Of a DNA stretch of 64,000 nt, positions 61,259 to 64,000 are shown in pieces (the stretch's first letter is position 1; every line of letters begins with the position of its first letter). The stretch is from contig NC_086097.1 of NCBI RefSeq assembly GCF_963921235.1, forward strand, positions 89,158,001 through 89,222,000. The letters are read 5' to 3'. The position numbers and the translations under genes are program-made. The DNA comes from Mobula hypostoma (taxonomy: Eukaryota). The notes beneath the pieces are model-generated. The model had not been told where the DNA came from. It saw nothing but the letters and a program-made list of their open reading frames with translations, and did not search any database.

Positions 61259-63105
61259 GTGAGTACTGCTTACTCAAAGGTTCATTTATTATCGGAGTAT
61301 GTATGCAGGATACAACTCTGAGATTCTCCTTTTTCAACCTTTGTGCAAATAGCCGAGGGTGTGGAGGACTCTTCTATCTCCTGTTGTATACTCTGCTCTT
61401 TTGCAGTCACAGAATGAAGCCACTAACCTCCTTTCCACTCTGTTAATTTCCACCTGTCTTCCTAAAGCATCTCAAATTGCCAAGGAAGACCATTCATATG
61501 TGCAAAATTCTGACAGCTTTTTGAAAGAACTTTCCAGTCAGTCACATACTCTGTAATCTCCCGTAGACTTTCCTGTTGGATATTCATCCACTGCTATTTT
61601 CAATGCTGCTGCGGATGGATTGTGCTTCTACCTCTTGTTTTTGATGGGACATTCTGAGTCCTTGCCTCTCTCCCGTAACAAGAAAGGATGGGGCTCTCCT
61701 AGGGAAGAATTCTGGACTGAGTGTGTAACAGCGCATCCAATGGAGACTGAAGAGCTAGTAGGGAGGAGCACAGCAGAAGATGCAAAAAACTTTTCCCCTG
61801 AGAAAATATTACAGTGTCACAACAGAAGGGGCAGGACTGCAGTGAAATCCATAGAAGATATAATAAGATTTACCCCTAAGATGAGCATAATAATTGTTCT
61901 GATTCCCATGAGAAACTATTCAGTGTGCTAAGACAAGAATTCTCCCCTTTGCTGTAATGACTTTATGAATGATTAGAGTGGTTAAATGAGTTGAAAATTC
62001 CTGGAAATTGCTCTTAGTGGCACTGTTTGAGACTAAGAGGTTTAATTATATTTTCTCATTCCTGGGGAATAAGACAACACTGGGGAATGTTCAAACCAGT
62101 GACTTTGCAGTTATTGTCAAAGAGTTGAATCATTAGAGTTGCTTCAGCTCTATCCATGATATCAAAAGAGATCACTGGTGATCAGAAAACTGGAGAATAA
62201 TTAATGCAAAGTAGTGACTAATGCTCAGCAAGGGCTCAGATGGGGAAAGTGCTTCGCAATCAGTATTGACACCTCCATTTGCAGCTAAGTATACAAAACT
62301 TTACTTCATAGTGTACCATTGTAACGTTCCCAACAAAGTAATTCCAGTTCAATTCAAATCAGGGAGTGCTGAGAATCGAGGAGGAATTGAGGCCATGCAA
62401 GGTGGAAAATGCTGCGTGTTCCTCTATCTCCCACTGATTGGACCACTTTGTTCCAGGTGTGAATACATGATTTAAGTGTGGGATCTCAATGTGTTGGAAC
62501 TCGCAAGTGATGCATATTTTATAGGAGAAGCTCAGAAATTATACAGTGAGTTTGCTAAGCTGCAAGTGGGGGATACATTGCCCTCCATTTATTTGGCACC
62601 TTTCTTGACCATAAGACTGCGAAAGGAGCTGTACAGCTAATAAGGTGTACCATAGGGTGTCATTGTAAATTGTCCAGTGATTAGGCTTGGATTAAATTGG
62701 GGGATTGTCAGGTGTTGCAACTCAAAGGGCCTAATCCACACTGTTTGTCAATAAAAAATAAATAAAGTGTTTTAGATTTGCTTAGCTGCATGTGATGTAG
62801 TGTTGGTAAACTACAATAAACTAAATAATTTGTTCCCCTGATTCTGGTAGAAGGATAGATTTTGTCAACATACTAAAAGAACTTCTGTGCTCGTCCTTAA
62901 GGTAATTTTGTGTGTATTTTTTAAGTCAACAGGCAAATGGGACCCATGTTTAACATCTTACCTGAAAGTTGTCATCCAAAAATGTTGAGATCCTCCAGTG
63001 CTGCACTGGGAGTTCCACTTCTGATCTTATGGTCCTGGAATAAACTTGAACCTGCAGCCATTTGATTGAAGTGCTCTACTAAGTAGGACCTGACAGCAGC
63101 AGCTG

Positions 63106-64000
63106 ATTTTCTTTTTTTTCTTTTTTTTTAATTTTATTTTTATTTGGATAAGGAATTCACAATTATCATGTACTTTTTTCACACATATAACCTTTTCCAT
63201 TTTTTTTATATGTATAAAACTACAATTATTTATACATTCTTAAGTACACATTGAGATGATATAAAAGGAAAATAAACATTTAAATAGATAATTATGTACT
63301 GTGGTAAATCTAACCTATTAGGCTAAGTAATGAAATTAGTTGTTAAGAAAAATGGTAATAATAGTTCCCATACAACCCTTCTGGACCATTTCCACTGGTC
63401 CAAGATGTTGCATACAAGCCTATATACCAACCATTGTAGGTGTTTATATCCCAATTTGTTCGTGCTTGTTCCTGCCCGCAGACATAATTATCCAATCCCT
63501 ATGTACTTATTTACTTAATTTTTTCATTTTTTTTATCCCTTTCCCAAATCTTTCCCTTTACTTGTGTTAATTCTCTATTTTCCAAAAAAAAAACAAACAT
63601 TTAGACTAGGGGTGCTTACGTTAGCAATATTACTGTGTTGATGAGAAGAGCAATATAAATCATTAGGAGAGTCATCTAAAGTCTGCTCGCATTGGGGTTA
63701 TATATTCAATCCATTTATTCCAGATTTGATAAAATGTTTCTTTTTGAGTTCTCAGGGAGTAAGTCAACTTTTCCATTTTAAATATTTCCAAGATAATTTC
63801 GTACCAATCTTCTAATGTAGGTGGTATTGGATTTAGCCATTTTCTAGTGATTGATTTCTTACTTGCCGCTAAGAGGGCCTGCAGCAACTTTATATCTTCC
63901 TTCTGTTCAAGGAACAATACATGCCCCAAATAGAGCGTCTCAAAGTTCAGAGGTATCTGGGACCTAAGTACCTTAACTAATGTTCTATGAATACCTTCCC
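63106..64000 (-). mobile_element. L1/Tx1-clade LINE 3' end (continues past the window)
   Basis: ORF2 C-terminus LLAASKKSITRKW...W......MEKLTY....F...W..W (63672-63929), AT-rich 3' UTR, AATAAA and poly(A) seen as a T tract at 63106-63145. Confidence 0.88.

Noticed and set aside
61259..63100. Next SPINT1 exons (linker, Kunitz 2)
   Set aside because: The AG sites tried (near 61408, 61566, 62110, 62284) gave stops or no suitable donor or similarity, and no second Kunitz pattern was seen. Probably beyond the window.

Overview
Eukaryotic (vertebrate) genomic DNA. The repeat landscape suggests a cartilaginous fish, probably a ray; this is inference only. The window holds the 5' two-thirds of one + strand gene, SPINT1 (HAI-1, Kunitz-type protease inhibitor 1). 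Six coding exons with GT-AG boundaries splice in frame: 2265-2697, 34711-34862, 44717-44858, 45977-46147, 51529-51564 and 61133-61258 (1060 nt, about 353 aa). They encode signal peptide, MANEC, PKD-like internal domain, Kunitz domain 1, a linker and LDLa; Kunitz 2 and the TM segment should lie beyond the window. The introns are very large (the first coding intron is 32 kb) and filled with decayed transposons: CR1, Rex/Babar, L1/Tx1 and Penelope retroelements, tRNA-derived SINEs, a full-length but broken IR/DR Tc1, a Tigger/pogo element that strongly resembles human MER2, a Harbinger-type element, a solo LTR and an Academ-like XPG-nuclease relic. The most unusual signals are many minimal hammerhead-ribozyme motifs in Penelope termini and fold-back derivatives (one with an intact core), the MER2-like element, the Academ relic next to a perfect hairpin, and a G4-forming minisatellite and a C-rich tract bracketing the first coding exon. 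Family names come from motif recognition and recall, not database searches. Repeat boundaries are approximate unless a TSD or TIR is quoted.
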